A stretch of DNA of 64,000 nucleotides. Source: Desulfuromonadales bacterium. Its GTDB lineage: Bacteria > Desulfobacterota > JAENJC01. Made by a program: the position numbers and the translations under genes. Within the stretch, counting starts at the first letter, position 1. Each line of letters starts with the position of its first letter. The notes under the pieces are model-generated. The model saw only the letters and a program-made list of their open reading frames with translations, was not told where the DNA came from and did no database searches. The stretch lies in contig CAKKSC010000009.1 of the NCBI GenBank assembly GCA_919902985.1, positions 11,871 to 75,870 of the forward strand, written 5' to 3'. Below are positions 10,695-20,201 of this stretch, piece after piece.

Positions 10695-10825
10695 ATTTAA
10701 AATTTATCAAAAATATGCGGTTGATACAACTACTATTTAATTCTACATTGAAAAACCACCCCTCACCTTAATCCTCTCCCCCTGAGGAGAGAGGAGATAT
10801 AAAGAGTTCCCTCTCCATCAGGGAT

Positions 10826-11848
10826 TTATGCCCGGATGGATATAGGGTCAGGGTAAGGGTGGGGTTTCTGTGCCATCTCTATCGCCATCCTCACTGCCTC
10901 TACCATGCTGGATGAGTCTGCAATCCCCTTCCCTGCTATATCAAAGGCAGTACCGTGGTCTACAGATGTCCTGATTATTGGAAGCCCCAGCGTCACGTTG
11001 ACGCCCTTCTCAAAATCCAGGAGCTTTAATGGTATCAACCCCTGGTCGTGATACATACAGACAACGGCGTCATATTTTCCCTTGGATGCCCAATAGAACA
11101 GGGTGTCAGGAGGGTATGGGCCTGAGGCATCAATCCCTTTCAAACAAGCCTCTTCTACAGCAGGCTTGATAAGCCTCGCCTCCTCGTCGCCAAAGATCCC
11201 CCCTTCGCCCGCATGAGGGTTTAGGGATGCCACAGCGATCCTCGGTTTCCTCCCGAGGTATCTGGATAATGACTCGTGGGTTATCCTTATGGTCTTGAAT
11301 ACCAGTTCCTTAGAGAGCAGGGATGGAACCATGATATACGGGACATGGATAGTGCACAGGACAACCCGCAGGTGCGGCCCTGCCAGCATCATGGCATACT
11401 CATCGGTCTTGCAGAGCTCAGCCAGTATCTCGGTATGCCCTGGATACCCTTGCCCGGCCAGCTTCAACGCCTCTTTGCTTATAGGGGCTGTGACCACTGC
11501 ATCAACCTCACCCTTTAAGGCTGAGAGGGCAGCGGCCTTTATATATCTGAATGCTGCATCGCCTGATGCTGCCATAGGCCTGCCATGTTTGAGGGATGGA
11601 TTTAGAATAGTGAGATTAATTATCTCTAATACATTTGCCGGAAACTCGGCCTGGCAGACCTCTGGGATTGGGACGAGAGGCATCTTGAAATCAAGGTTGT
11701 TAGCTTCTCTGTGAAGTATATTGGCATCGCCGAAGATCAGGAACCTCGCAGACTCCCTCACTTCATCCTGGCCCAGAGCCTTCAGGATAACCTCCGGCCC
11801 TATTCCAGCAGGGTCTCCCATGGTTATGGCAATGATTGGTTTTGACAT
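10826..11848 (-). CDS. pdxA: 4-hydroxythreonine-4-phosphate dehydrogenase
   Basis: IAITMGDPAGIGPE.. N-terminus, HTEILA, RTSVDHGTAFDIAGKG. Confidence 0.93.
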   Translation of the reverse strand: MSKPIIAITMGDPAGIGPEVILKALGQDEVRESARFLIFGDANILHREANNLDFKMPLVPIPEVCQAEFPANVLEIINLTILNPSLKHGRPMAASGDAAFRYIKAAALSALKGEVDAVVTAPISKEALKLAGQGYPGHTEILAELCKTDEYAMMLAGPHLRVVLCTIHVPYIMVPSLLSKELVFKTIRITHESLSRYLGRKPRIAVASLNPHAGEGGIFGDEEARLIKPAVEEACLKGIDASGPYPPDTLFYWASKGKYDAVVCMYHDQGLIPLKLLDFEKGVNVTLGLPIIRTSVDHGTAFDIAGKGIADSSSMVEAVRMAIEMAQKPHPYPDPISIRA

Positions 11849-11858
11849 AATTTATACG

Positions 11859-11917
11859 GTAGGGGCAACCCTCTGTGGTTGCCCTTTATCTGGGCAGGCA
11901 CGTAGGCCTGCCCCTAC
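11859..11917. repeat. REP doublet (GTAG-flanked twin hairpins)
   Basis: GTAGGGGCAACC-ctctgt-GGTTGCCC ... GGGCAGGC-acgta-GCCTGCCCCTAC, in the pdxA/surA spacer. Confidence 0.8.
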
Positions 11918-11919
11918 AT

Positions 11920-12948
11920 TTATAATTTCATCTCTATAAGCGCCGATTTTTTCAACTCTTCCATCCACTCCTTATACCTCTGCTCCAGCATCTCAGAGGT
12001 AACCGCAGACCGGATCTTTTCTTTTACAGATTCAAAGGGCTCCAATAATGCCTCCTTTACATCATCTACCCTGATTATATGGAAGCCATAGTTGGTTCTC
12101 ACAAGATCGCTTATCTCACCCTTCTTGAGAGAAAAGGCCGCCTCTTCAAATGCCGGCACAATCTGCCCCCTTTTGAAAAACCCTAATGAACCGCCCTCTT
12201 GGGCAGAGGAATCCTCGGAGTATTTTTTTGCCAGTTCCTGGAAATCCTTCCCACTCCTGGCCATCTGAAGGACATCCATCGCCTCTTTCTTGATCCCTTC
12301 TATCGCTGCACCGGATGCCATTTCAGGGACAATAAAGAGGATGTGGCTGATCTTGACCTCTTCATCCTTCAGAAACATCCTCCGATTTCTCTCATAGTAA
12401 TCGGCAAGGTCTTTTTCAGAGACGCTCACCTTGGACCTGACCTGCTGCCCTATAACCCTGCTCTTCTCTATCTGTTTTTTTATCTGGGCCTTGTATCCAT
12501 CATAAGTAAGCCCCTCTTTCTTCAGAGCAACCTTGAGTCCCTCATCATCAAGAGAGTTCTGTTTCTTTACATCTGCTATGGCATCGTCTATGTCCCTTTC
12601 GGTTACCTTCAACCCAAGCTTTTCAGCCTCCTGTTCCAGAAGAAGGTCTTCAATCAGGGAGTCCGATACCTTTTTTCTGATTTCAGCAAGCCTCTTATCC
12701 CTCTCTGCCCCGCTAAAGGTCTCTGAAGCCTGTTTTACAAGCGGAGCCTCACGTTCCGCAAGCTCACTCAGTGTGATGACCTTTCCGTTTACAACAGCCA
12801 TCACCCTGTCGATCACCTCCGCCTTTGCCTCAGCAAGGAGCGAGAAGCAAGGAGCGAGGAGTATAAAGAAGTAGAAACATGGCTTTAGCCTCGTTAACAG
12901 GCATGAAGGCCTGTTTCTACTGACCGCTGACCACTTACTGTTGACCAC
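11920..12948 (-). CDS. surA: SurA-like periplasmic chaperone / parvulin-type peptidyl-prolyl isomerase
   Basis: SurA_N-like region (VIDRVMAVVNGKVITLSE) followed by a PpiC rotamase domain (..GGSLGFF.RGQIVPAFEEAAF.L..GEIS..V.T.YGFHII). The classical surA-pdxA linkage is present. The start is uncertain because the N-terminus contains a simple-repeat tract. Confidence 0.8.
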   Translation of the reverse strand: MVNSKWSAVSRNRPSCLLTRLKPCFYFFILLAPCFSLLAEAKAEVIDRVMAVVNGKVITLSELAEREAPLVKQASETFSGAERDKRLAEIRKKVSDSLIEDLLLEQEAEKLGLKVTERDIDDAIADVKKQNSLDDEGLKVALKKEGLTYDGYKAQIKKQIEKSRVIGQQVRSKVSVSEKDLADYYERNRRMFLKDEEVKISHILFIVPEMASGAAIEGIKKEAMDVLQMARSGKDFQELAKKYSEDSSAQEGGSLGFFKRGQIVPAFEEAAFSLKKGEISDLVRTNYGFHIIRVDDVKEALLEPFESVKEKIRSAVTSEMLEQRYKEWMEELKKSALIEMKL

Positions 12949-13908
12949 TTATTTTTTCTCCTCTGAATGGGCCCCTTCCTGCTTCCCGCTCACACCTTCT
13001 TCCTTATGTCCTCCATCAGACTTATCCTCTTTTTTACCTTCATCTTTAAAAAGAGAATCGTTAATTTCCAGCTTTGCCTCCTTCTTGAGCAAGCTTACAA
13101 AGGCTTCAAACAGTTCCTTCTGCTTTTTCTTGGCCTGCGTCGTTATTATCTTATCCTTGACCTTGTCAAAAGGCTGAACTTCGGCATCCTTCCTCTCAAA
13201 GAATTTTATTATATGAAACGCTGGACCTGCCGAAACTACAGGGCTCAGTTCTCCTGCCTTTTTAAGCTTGAACGCCGCATCCTCAAACTCAGGAACACCT
13301 GTGGTTCCCCTCTCAAGATACCCCAAATCTCCGCCCTTTGAGGCAGTTGGCCCTATGGAGTATTTCTTCGCCAGCTTCTCAAAGCTCTCTTTTTTACCAA
13401 GTTTTTTCAGTATGTCGCCTGCTTCTTTCTCCGTCTTTACCATGATATGGCTGACCTTTACCTTCTCGCCATCTTTAAATTCATCCTTATGGGAGTTGTA
13501 ATACTCTTCCGCCTCTTTTTCTGTAAAGGCAGCCTTCCCTTCAATCTCCTTCTTCAGCAATGCCTCGATTAACAGCGTCTTTTCGATCTCTTCAAGCTTG
13601 GAAACAACAGATGCATCCTTATCCAGTCCCGTCTTTTTCGCTTTTTGCAGTATAAGCTCCCTGGTAACAAGGTTGTCGAGAAACTTCTTTTTACCTGCCT
13701 TGTCTTCAATAGTTGCCTTGAGATATGGAGGAAGATTCTCCTGCTCCTTCTTGAACTCCTCCATAGTTATCACTTTCTCATTCACCCTGGCAAGGGCCTC
13801 TCCTGTAGGAGCGGTATTACTCTCCCCCGTCTTTGCCTTTCCACAACCTGCCAACATGGCGGCCACAACTGCCAATGTAACTACAGACCTTACTATCACC
13901 TTTTTCAT
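12949..13908 (-). CDS. Lipoprotein parvulin-type peptidyl-prolyl isomerase (PrsA/PpiD-like)
   Basis: Lipobox LAGC after the signal peptide. PpiC domain (VKVSHIMV...GGDLGYLERG..VPEFEDAAF.L..GELS..V....FHIIK). Confidence 0.8.
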   Translation of the reverse strand: MKKVIVRSVVTLAVVAAMLAGCGKAKTGESNTAPTGEALARVNEKVITMEEFKKEQENLPPYLKATIEDKAGKKKFLDNLVTRELILQKAKKTGLDKDASVVSKLEEIEKTLLIEALLKKEIEGKAAFTEKEAEEYYNSHKDEFKDGEKVKVSHIMVKTEKEAGDILKKLGKKESFEKLAKKYSIGPTASKGGDLGYLERGTTGVPEFEDAAFKLKKAGELSPVVSAGPAFHIIKFFERKDAEVQPFDKVKDKIITTQAKKKQKELFEAFVSLLKKEAKLEINDSLFKDEGKKEDKSDGGHKEEGVSGKQEGAHSEEKK

Positions 13909-13958
13909 TGCGTTCTCCTTTTATCTTATTATAATAAAGCCTCTTAATCTTCTTACTT

Positions 13959-14034
13959 GTCATTCCCGAAGTGTTTAATCGAGAATCCATAAAGAGTTTT
14001 TCTGGATTCCGGCTAAAATCCTGCCAGAATGACA
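13959..14034. repeat. Inverted-repeat MITE-like element (GTCATTCCCGAAG / CTGCCAGAATGACA type)
   Basis: Arms TGTCATTCCCGAAGTGTTTAATCGAGAATCCA and TGGATTCCGGCTAAAATCCTGCCAGAATGACA. Confidence 0.7.
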
Positions 14035-14040
14035 GGAAAG

Positions 14041-15519
14041 TTATGCCTTCTGGAAAAGATAGTCAAGGCATTTCTTCGCAGTTATCTCCCCCTCGCGGAT
14101 TGAATCGCTTATTCCTATGCCGTTATAAGCGCTTCCTGTAAGATATAGTCCAGGGTGTTGATGGACCCTCTCGGATATCCATCGCACCCTTTCCAGATGC
14201 CCTATGGTATATTGAGGCATTGCCTTCCTCCATCGATATACTCTCGAGAGTACAGGCTCTGCATTCAGGCCTATGATATCCTTCAACTCACCCCTCACCA
14301 TATCCACCATTTCCTTGTCGTTAAGAGCTACAAGGTGTTCTTTTTTAGAACCTCCCACAAAACATCTTATCATAACATACTCGTCAGAACAGCGTCCTGC
14401 AAACTTCCTGGATATGAATGTTGCGGCCATTATCTTTCTTTCCTCAACCCTCGGTATCACAAAACCGAACGACTTTGGAAGTTTTGCCTCAGAGGCATTA
14501 AAAGCCAATGTAACTGTTGCTGTGGATACGTAAGGGATAGTCTGGAGCTTTTCCGAAAGAGGATTGTCCAGTCCCACAAGCAGCGAAGAAGAGATATGGG
14601 CCGGGGTCGAAAAGATCACGGAATCAGCCTCAATGGCGTCGCCAAAAGGGACTGTCACAGGTTTACGGGCCGAGCTGAGCGAGGCCGTAGAATCGGGACT
14701 GTCCCCGGACAGATAGACGAAGTACTTTCCATTCTTCTCTTCAACCCTTGAAACTGACGTGTTCAGCTTCACAGATGAACTGCCAAGCCTTGATACTATT
14801 GCATTTATCATATCCGAAAGCCCGCCCTTCAGGGTCATGAACATGGTAGGCCTCGGCCCACTTGAAGCCCTCTGTACCTCTTTGGCCTTCCTCATCCTGG
14901 CCAACATCCCCTTTATGAGGGAGCCGTGCTCATCCTCCATCTCCATGAATTTCGGAAAGCTTGCCCTCATGCTCATGGTCTCCGGGTCTCCGGCGTGCAC
15001 CCCTGCCACCAGCGGCTCTGCTATCTTATCCAGGGCCTCTTTCCCAAGCCTGCGCCTCACAAAAGAGCCTAACGTCTCGTCTTCTTTACTATGCCTTGGC
15101 GGGATGAAGATCTCAAGGCCCATCCTCAACTTGCCCATCCACGAAAAAAGTGAGGTGGTAATCAAGGGCGTTATCTTCGTGGGGACCATAAGAATGAGTC
15201 CATCAGGCATCTCGTGGAGCCTTCCTTTGGAGAGAACAAACGTCCCCTTGTTCTCCTCTGTGGTAGGCATGATCTGGTCTCCAAGACCAAGATGTCTGCA
15301 GAGCTGTGCCGCCCAAGGCTTTTCAGAAAGGAAACAGTCCGGGCCCCCCTCTATAAGGAACCCATCCACCTTCTCGGTGTAGATATTCCCGCCGAGCCTG
15401 CTGCCCTTCTCTATGAGGAGGTATTCTATCTCATGCCCGGCAGATGCCGCCTGCTCCTTAAGATAAAGGACGGTGGAAAGACCGGAGATACCTCCACCTA
15501 TGATGACAACGCGTTTCAT
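14041..15519 (-). CDS. hemY: HemY-type FAD oxidase (protoporphyrinogen or coproporphyrinogen III oxidase)
   Basis: KRVVIIGGGISGLS dinucleotide fold, ..GGNIYTEKVDGFLIEGGPDCFL.., C-terminal ..GLYLTGSAYNGIGISD... Start taken at the internal ATG 15519. Carries an in-frame repeat insertion. Confidence 0.9.
   Translation of the reverse strand: MKRVVIIGGGISGLSTVLYLKEQAASAGHEIEYLLIEKGSRLGGNIYTEKVDGFLIEGGPDCFLSEKPWAAQLCRHLGLGDQIMPTTEENKGTFVLSKGRLHEMPDGLILMVPTKITPLITTSLFSWMGKLRMGLEIFIPPRHSKEDETLGSFVRRRLGKEALDKIAEPLVAGVHAGDPETMSMRASFPKFMEMEDEHGSLIKGMLARMRKAKEVQRASSGPRPTMFMTLKGGLSDMINAIVSRLGSSSVKLNTSVSRVEEKNGKYFVYLSGDSPDSTASLSSARKPVTVPFGDAIEADSVIFSTPAHISSSLLVGLDNPLSEKLQTIPYVSTATVTLAFNASEAKLPKSFGFVIPRVEERKIMAATFISRKFAGRCSDEYVMIRCFVGGSKKEHLVALNDKEMVDMVRGELKDIIGLNAEPVLSRVYRWRKAMPQYTIGHLERVRWISERVHQHPGLYLTGSAYNGIGISDSIREGEITAKKCLDYLFQKA
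14648..14706 (+). repeat. Family-A double-palindrome element, copy inside hemY
   Basis: GGGACTGTCACAGGTTTACGGGC-N-GCCGTAGAATCGGGACTGTCCCC. It is translated on the minus strand as SGDSPDSTASLSSARKPVTVP. Confidence 0.85.
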
Positions 15520-15660
15520 ATAATTACACTCATTATTAAACGCCGAGGCCCAGCCAAAAGTAGGCGCTTCTAAGCGAGGCACAGAAAAAACCTTTTAACC
15601 ATAATACACGGTGGTTCTCTGCGTCTCCGCGTCTCTGCGGTTAATTTAGGATTTATGATG

Positions 15661-16554
15661 TTAAAGATTCTTCTTTACTATATCCTCCAAAGCCTCAATA
15701 AAGGCCTTGGAATCATTCAACGAAGCAGCCCTCTTGAAGTTCATGCCAAGCTCTTCTGCCTTTTTCTTGAACACTATATCTATGTCGTAAAGGGTCTCCA
15801 CGTGGTCGCAGACAAAACCAATGGGGACTATCAGGACGTCTTTCTTACCCTCTTTTGCCAATCCCTCCATTACGAACTCGACTTCAGGGCCAAGCCACTC
15901 TCCCTGCGCCTGCCCCTTGCTCTGGTAGGCAAGATAAGAGTTGATCGGCCCGATTATCTTTAAAACCCCCTCCATGGTCTCTTTTAGCTGCATCACATAT
16001 GGGTCGCCTTCCACTGTCCTCTCTGGAAGGGAATGTGCGCTGAATATGACCTGAACATCCATTCTTATTTCTTCAGGGAACTCCTTTAAGGCCTCTTTGA
16101 CGGTATCAGCCACTGCCTGAAGATAAAGAAGGTTTTTGTACCATGCCTCGGCCACTGTAACATCAATGCCCGAAACTTCCTCCAGGGCCTTATTCATAGC
16201 ATCAATATAACCACCCGTACTGGCCTTTGAAGCCTGGGGCGCCATAGGCATGGCGATTATCCTTTTAATGCCATCTTCCTTTATCTGTTTTACGGTATCT
16301 TTTATAAATGGATGCCAGTGGCGCATCCCTACATAGACCTTGAAACCTGCGCCGAGCCTTTCCTCAAGCAACTTAGCCTGTCTGCGGGTGATGTCTGGAA
16401 GCGGAGACTTCGCGCCTATTAGGGCGTACCTTCTTTTCACCCTTTCAACCAGTTCAGATGTGATAGGACGACCAACAAGGACATTCCTCAGAAAAGGCTC
16501 CACTACATCAAGGTCTTCCGGGCCGCCAAAGGCAAGAAGGAGGACGGCAGTCAT
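15661..16554 (-). CDS. hemH: Ferrochelatase (proto- or coproporphyrin type)
   Basis: MTAVLLLAFGGP..., ..SAHSLP.., ..DH.ETLYDID.. motifs. Start chosen at the Met directly after the hemE stop. Confidence 0.92.
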   Translation of the reverse strand: MTAVLLLAFGGPEDLDVVEPFLRNVLVGRPITSELVERVKRRYALIGAKSPLPDITRRQAKLLEERLGAGFKVYVGMRHWHPFIKDTVKQIKEDGIKRIIAMPMAPQASKASTGGYIDAMNKALEEVSGIDVTVAEAWYKNLLYLQAVADTVKEALKEFPEEIRMDVQVIFSAHSLPERTVEGDPYVMQLKETMEGVLKIIGPINSYLAYQSKGQAQGEWLGPEVEFVMEGLAKEGKKDVLIVPIGFVCDHVETLYDIDIVFKKKAEELGMNFKRAASLNDSKAFIEALEDIVKKNL

Positions 16555-16555
16555 C

Positions 16556-17584
16556 CTATCTCCTGCTATACTCATGGACTGCATCAACTAAGGCCTTCGC
16601 GTGCTCTACAGGCGTTGTGGGGAGTATGCCGTGGCCGAGATTAAATATGTGTCCCGGCCTTCCGCCTGCTGAATCAAGTATCTCCTTCACCCTTTTCCTT
16701 ATGACAGAGATCGGGCCGTGCAATATAACAGGGTCAATATTCCCCTGGACTGCTTTATCGTAACCGACTGTCTTCCATGCCTCCCCGAGGTCTACCCTCC
16801 AGTCGAGACCAATAACATCCCCTCCGGCCCTTACTACCTGAGGGAGGAGTGTTGACGCATTGAAGGCAAAATGTATCAGGGGGACTCTCTTATCTATATT
16901 GTCTATCACCCTCTTTGAATGCGGTAGGACATACTCCTCATAATCCTTCGGGCACATACATCCGACCCATGAGTCAAAGAGCTGCACTGCCTGCGCGCCC
17001 GCCTTTATCTGGGCATTAAGGTAGCTTATCACTGTATCCGAGATCTTGTTCATGAGGATATGCCACCCCTCCGGGTCTTCGTACATAAGGGTCTTGGCAT
17101 GCACATAGTTTTTTGAGCCGCCTGCCTCTATGATATAGCTGGCAAGGGTGAACGGGGCGCCGGAAAATCCTATCAGAGGGACCTTGCCGTTAAGCTCTTT
17201 TTTTACAATCTTAATAGCTTCCATCACATAAGGGGTCGCCACTTCAGCAGGAGTGAAGATTACCTTGTCTATGTCCTTTCTGGTTCGCACAGGAGTATGG
17301 ATCACAGGCCCTTCGTTCTTTGCAAATTCAAAGTCTATTCCCATACCGTCAAGCGGCAGAAGTATGTCTGCAAAGAGGATGGCCGCATCAACTCCCAGTT
17401 TATTAACGGGCTGAAGGGTGATCTCTGCCGCAATTTCAGGTTTCTTGCACATCTCAAGAAAGGAGTGTTTGCTCCTTATCTCCATATACTCCTTCATATA
17501 CCTTCCTGCCTGACGCATGAGCCATACAGGTGTGAAATCTGTTTTCTCCCGCCTGCATGCCTTAAGAAACGTGTCGTTGTTCAT
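16556..17584 (-). CDS. hemE: Uroporphyrinogen decarboxylase
   Basis: ..FLKACRREKTDFTPVWLMRQAGRYM.EY.. N-terminal signature. Start taken at the internal ATG 17584. Confidence 0.95.
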   Translation of the reverse strand: MNNDTFLKACRREKTDFTPVWLMRQAGRYMKEYMEIRSKHSFLEMCKKPEIAAEITLQPVNKLGVDAAILFADILLPLDGMGIDFEFAKNEGPVIHTPVRTRKDIDKVIFTPAEVATPYVMEAIKIVKKELNGKVPLIGFSGAPFTLASYIIEAGGSKNYVHAKTLMYEDPEGWHILMNKISDTVISYLNAQIKAGAQAVQLFDSWVGCMCPKDYEEYVLPHSKRVIDNIDKRVPLIHFAFNASTLLPQVVRAGGDVIGLDWRVDLGEAWKTVGYDKAVQGNIDPVILHGPISVIRKRVKEILDSAGGRPGHIFNLGHGILPTTPVEHAKALVDAVHEYSRR

Positions 17585-17815
17585 AATAGCTCTCCTTTTT
17601 TCTATGAATTTCAATAAACGCTACATTCGTTAAAATCGGCAGATTATACGGCAAGGATCACATAAATGTCCATATCTTTTTTGAGATATTTATAAGAGGC
17701 TGGGGCTGGGCTGAGAGGCAATCGGGAGGGAACAAGGGCAGCTCGAAACCCTATCAGGGTCAGAAAACGGAGGAATCTGCCCCTGATAGGGTTCACAAAC
17801 TACGAACTACCTAAA

Positions 17816-18361
17816 TTAGAATGTAAGACCGGCGCCCAAGGAAACGAATGCTCCGCCAAAATTAGTGACCCCGCCGGCAATTGTCGGAGCGGCCGATGTC
17901 GTTAACAACCTGTACGCGACCTCAACGCTCAGGTAAGAGGTGATCTTCCCCTTAGACGAAAGAAACTTCACTCCACCTAAGATATCGGCAAGAGGAGCCT
18001 GTTGAGCGCTGACTGGACCACTGAAACTTGCTGTTCCGAGGTCTATGCCGACAAAAACTGGTTCTGATATGGCCTTTGAGACCCTGATGGCATTTACATT
18101 ATACTTGCCTGCTACGTCAGCGCCGCCTGCAGCAGGTTTTTCAGTGTAGTTTATCTGTTCAGTCAAGATGCCAACTGTGGTGCTAGGGTCAATATCAAAG
18201 GTAAGAAGAACGCTGGTACCTGATGAACCGGACTTCACGTCGCTGTTACTAGTCACGCCCTGATAGGGGACCCTGAACTGAATTCCAACTTCTGCAAAAG
18301 AAACCGCCGCAAAAGAAACAAACAAAGCAACCAAAGAAACCACTATCAAATTTTTACGCAT
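17816..18361 (-). CDS. Small outer-membrane beta-barrel protein (hypothetical)
   Basis: Signal peptide (..SFAAVSFA/EV), alternating beta-strand pattern, C-terminal ..GAGLTF ending in Phe. Confidence 0.5.
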   Translation of the reverse strand: MRKNLIVVSLVALFVSFAAVSFAEVGIQFRVPYQGVTSNSDVKSGSSGTSVLLTFDIDPSTTVGILTEQINYTEKPAAGGADVAGKYNVNAIRVSKAISEPVFVGIDLGTASFSGPVSAQQAPLADILGGVKFLSSKGKITSYLSVEVAYRLLTTSAAPTIAGGVTNFGGAFVSLGAGLTF

Positions 18362-18566
18362 TGTTACCTCCTGAAATAATATTTAGGTTTTAGATTAACA
18401 TTAAAGACTCTTCCCATGCATCATGCGGGTAACAACTTCAATAAACCAGATTCACCTCCTTTCTACGAAACAGTATTTGCTGCAATACCTTTTAGCAATA
18501 AAAAATACGCCGATGAAATTTAAAAGAACATATAGCAGTATATATTTCTTGTCAAGGTGGTTCTTG

Positions 18567-20045
18567 CTACTCCAACCCCTCAGACGCCATCTCTACTGCC
18601 TTAAAAAGGGCCGTTGCCTTGTTGACCGTTTCCTGATACTCCGCGTCAGGATCTGAATCGGCAACAACACCGCCTCCTGCCTGCATATAAATTTGGTTAT
18701 CTTTTATAACCATTGTTCTTATTGTAATGCACATGTCCATGTTCCCTGAAAATCCGAAGTATCCAAGACATCCTGCATAAGGGCCTCTCCTGGAGGGTTC
18801 CAGCTCTTCAATTATCTCCATCGCCCTGACCTTGGGAGCGCCACTGACCGTCCCTGCCGGGAAAGTAGCCCGAAGGACATCGAAGCTGTCAAGCCCGGCC
18901 TTCAGCCTTCCTCTGACATTTGAAACTATGTGCATGACGTGGGAGTACCTCTCTACAGTCATCAGCTCAGTTACCTGGACGCTTCCAACCTCGGAAACCC
19001 TCCCGATATCGTTCCTGCCAAGGTCTACCAGCATTATATGTTCCGCCCTCTCCTTCGGGTCGGCAAGAAGTTCATATTCAAGCGCCCTGTCTTCCTCATC
19101 GCTCTTCCCGCGCTGCCTTGTCCCGGCTATTGGCCTGACATCCACATCTTCGCCCTCAACCCTGACAAGTATCTCAGGGGAAGTCCCTATAATGGTCAGA
19201 TCATCGAGCTTAAGGTAATACATGTACGGAGAGGGGTTTATAAGTTTCAACGCCCTGTAGATGTTGAACGGAGCGGCGGTAAGTTCAGCCCTGAATCTCT
19301 GGGAAGGGACCACCTGTATAATGTCCCCTGCCTTTATGTACTCCTTCGCCTTCCTGACCATCTCAAGATAGGCCTCTTTTGTCATCTCAGGTGTTATTTC
19401 AGCCTTGCCCCCGCCATCACTGCCTATACCAGGAAGTGGGGCCCTGAGCCTCCCTATAATTGCATCTATCCTCGCTACCGCCTCACTGTAAGCCGATTCT
19501 GCGTCTCCGTCAATATGGGCGTTGGAAACCACCTTTATCCTGTGCTTCAGGTTGTCAAATATAAGGAGGGTATCCGTTATCATAAATACGGCGTCATCTA
19601 TCTTCAATGTGTCCGCTGCCCTGCTTCCTATATCCTCAAAGAACCTTACCATGTCGTAACTCAGGAAACCGACAGCTCCGCCGAAGAAACGGGGAAGCCC
19701 CAGCAGCTTGACAGGCCTGTATCTGCTCATAAGCTCTTTAATCACTGAGAGCGGGTCGTGGGACTCAAACGTCTCGCTAACAGTATCCCTGGTCACGGTT
19801 ATACTGTTCCCCTTGCACTTAAATATTATGGATGGATTTGAACCGAGGAATGAGTACCTGCCCCATTTCTCACCCCCCTCTACGCTCTCGAGGAGGAAGG
19901 AATGTTTACCGGTGTCTATTTTAAGAAAGGCCGTCACAGGGGTTTCCATGTCGGCCATTATCTCCCTGTAGACAGGGATCAGGTTCCCCTCTTTTGCCTT
20001 TTCTCTGAACTCTTCTAAATTTGGGAAGTACATTTTTACCTTCAA
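18567..20045 (-). CDS. trpE: Anthranilate synthase component I
   Basis: LIPVYREI.AD.ETPV.AF.K, FLLESVEGGEKWGRYSF, and C-terminal chorismate-binding ..GAPK.RAMEII.ELE...RG.Y.G..GY.. Confidence 0.9.
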   Translation of the reverse strand: MKVKMYFPNLEEFREKAKEGNLIPVYREIMADMETPVTAFLKIDTGKHSFLLESVEGGEKWGRYSFLGSNPSIIFKCKGNSITVTRDTVSETFESHDPLSVIKELMSRYRPVKLLGLPRFFGGAVGFLSYDMVRFFEDIGSRAADTLKIDDAVFMITDTLLIFDNLKHRIKVVSNAHIDGDAESAYSEAVARIDAIIGRLRAPLPGIGSDGGGKAEITPEMTKEAYLEMVRKAKEYIKAGDIIQVVPSQRFRAELTAAPFNIYRALKLINPSPYMYYLKLDDLTIIGTSPEILVRVEGEDVDVRPIAGTRQRGKSDEEDRALEYELLADPKERAEHIMLVDLGRNDIGRVSEVGSVQVTELMTVERYSHVMHIVSNVRGRLKAGLDSFDVLRATFPAGTVSGAPKVRAMEIIEELEPSRRGPYAGCLGYFGFSGNMDMCITIRTMVIKDNQIYMQAGGGVVADSDPDAEYQETVNKATALFKAVEMASEGLE

Positions 20046-20082
20046 CTCTAAATTAAAGTTATCCGAGCCTCATGCAAAAGTT

Positions 20083-20189
20083 TCCCCCCTCCCTTGACGG
20101 GAGGGGGTGAGGGGGAGGGTGAAATTTCAAGTGACCGCAGAATGGGACTTTCACCCCCACCCTAACCCTCCCCCGTCAAGGGGGAGGGG
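20083..20189. repeat. G/C-tract inverted-repeat element (CCCCTCCCTTGACGGGAGGGG type)
   Basis: Two mutually inverted halves, each containing its own CCCTCC..GGGAGGG hairpin. Related copies lie at 4895-4945, 10765-10825 and 58330-58440. Confidence 0.75.
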
Positions 20190-20201
20190 ATGTTTTTGGA
20201 T

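Noticed and set aside
10695-10825. CIRCE operator upstream of hrcA
   Set aside because: I searched by eye for TTAGCACTC-N9-GAGTGCTAA and near variants on both strands and found none. The only palindrome there is a G/C-tract repeat of the 20083-type family.
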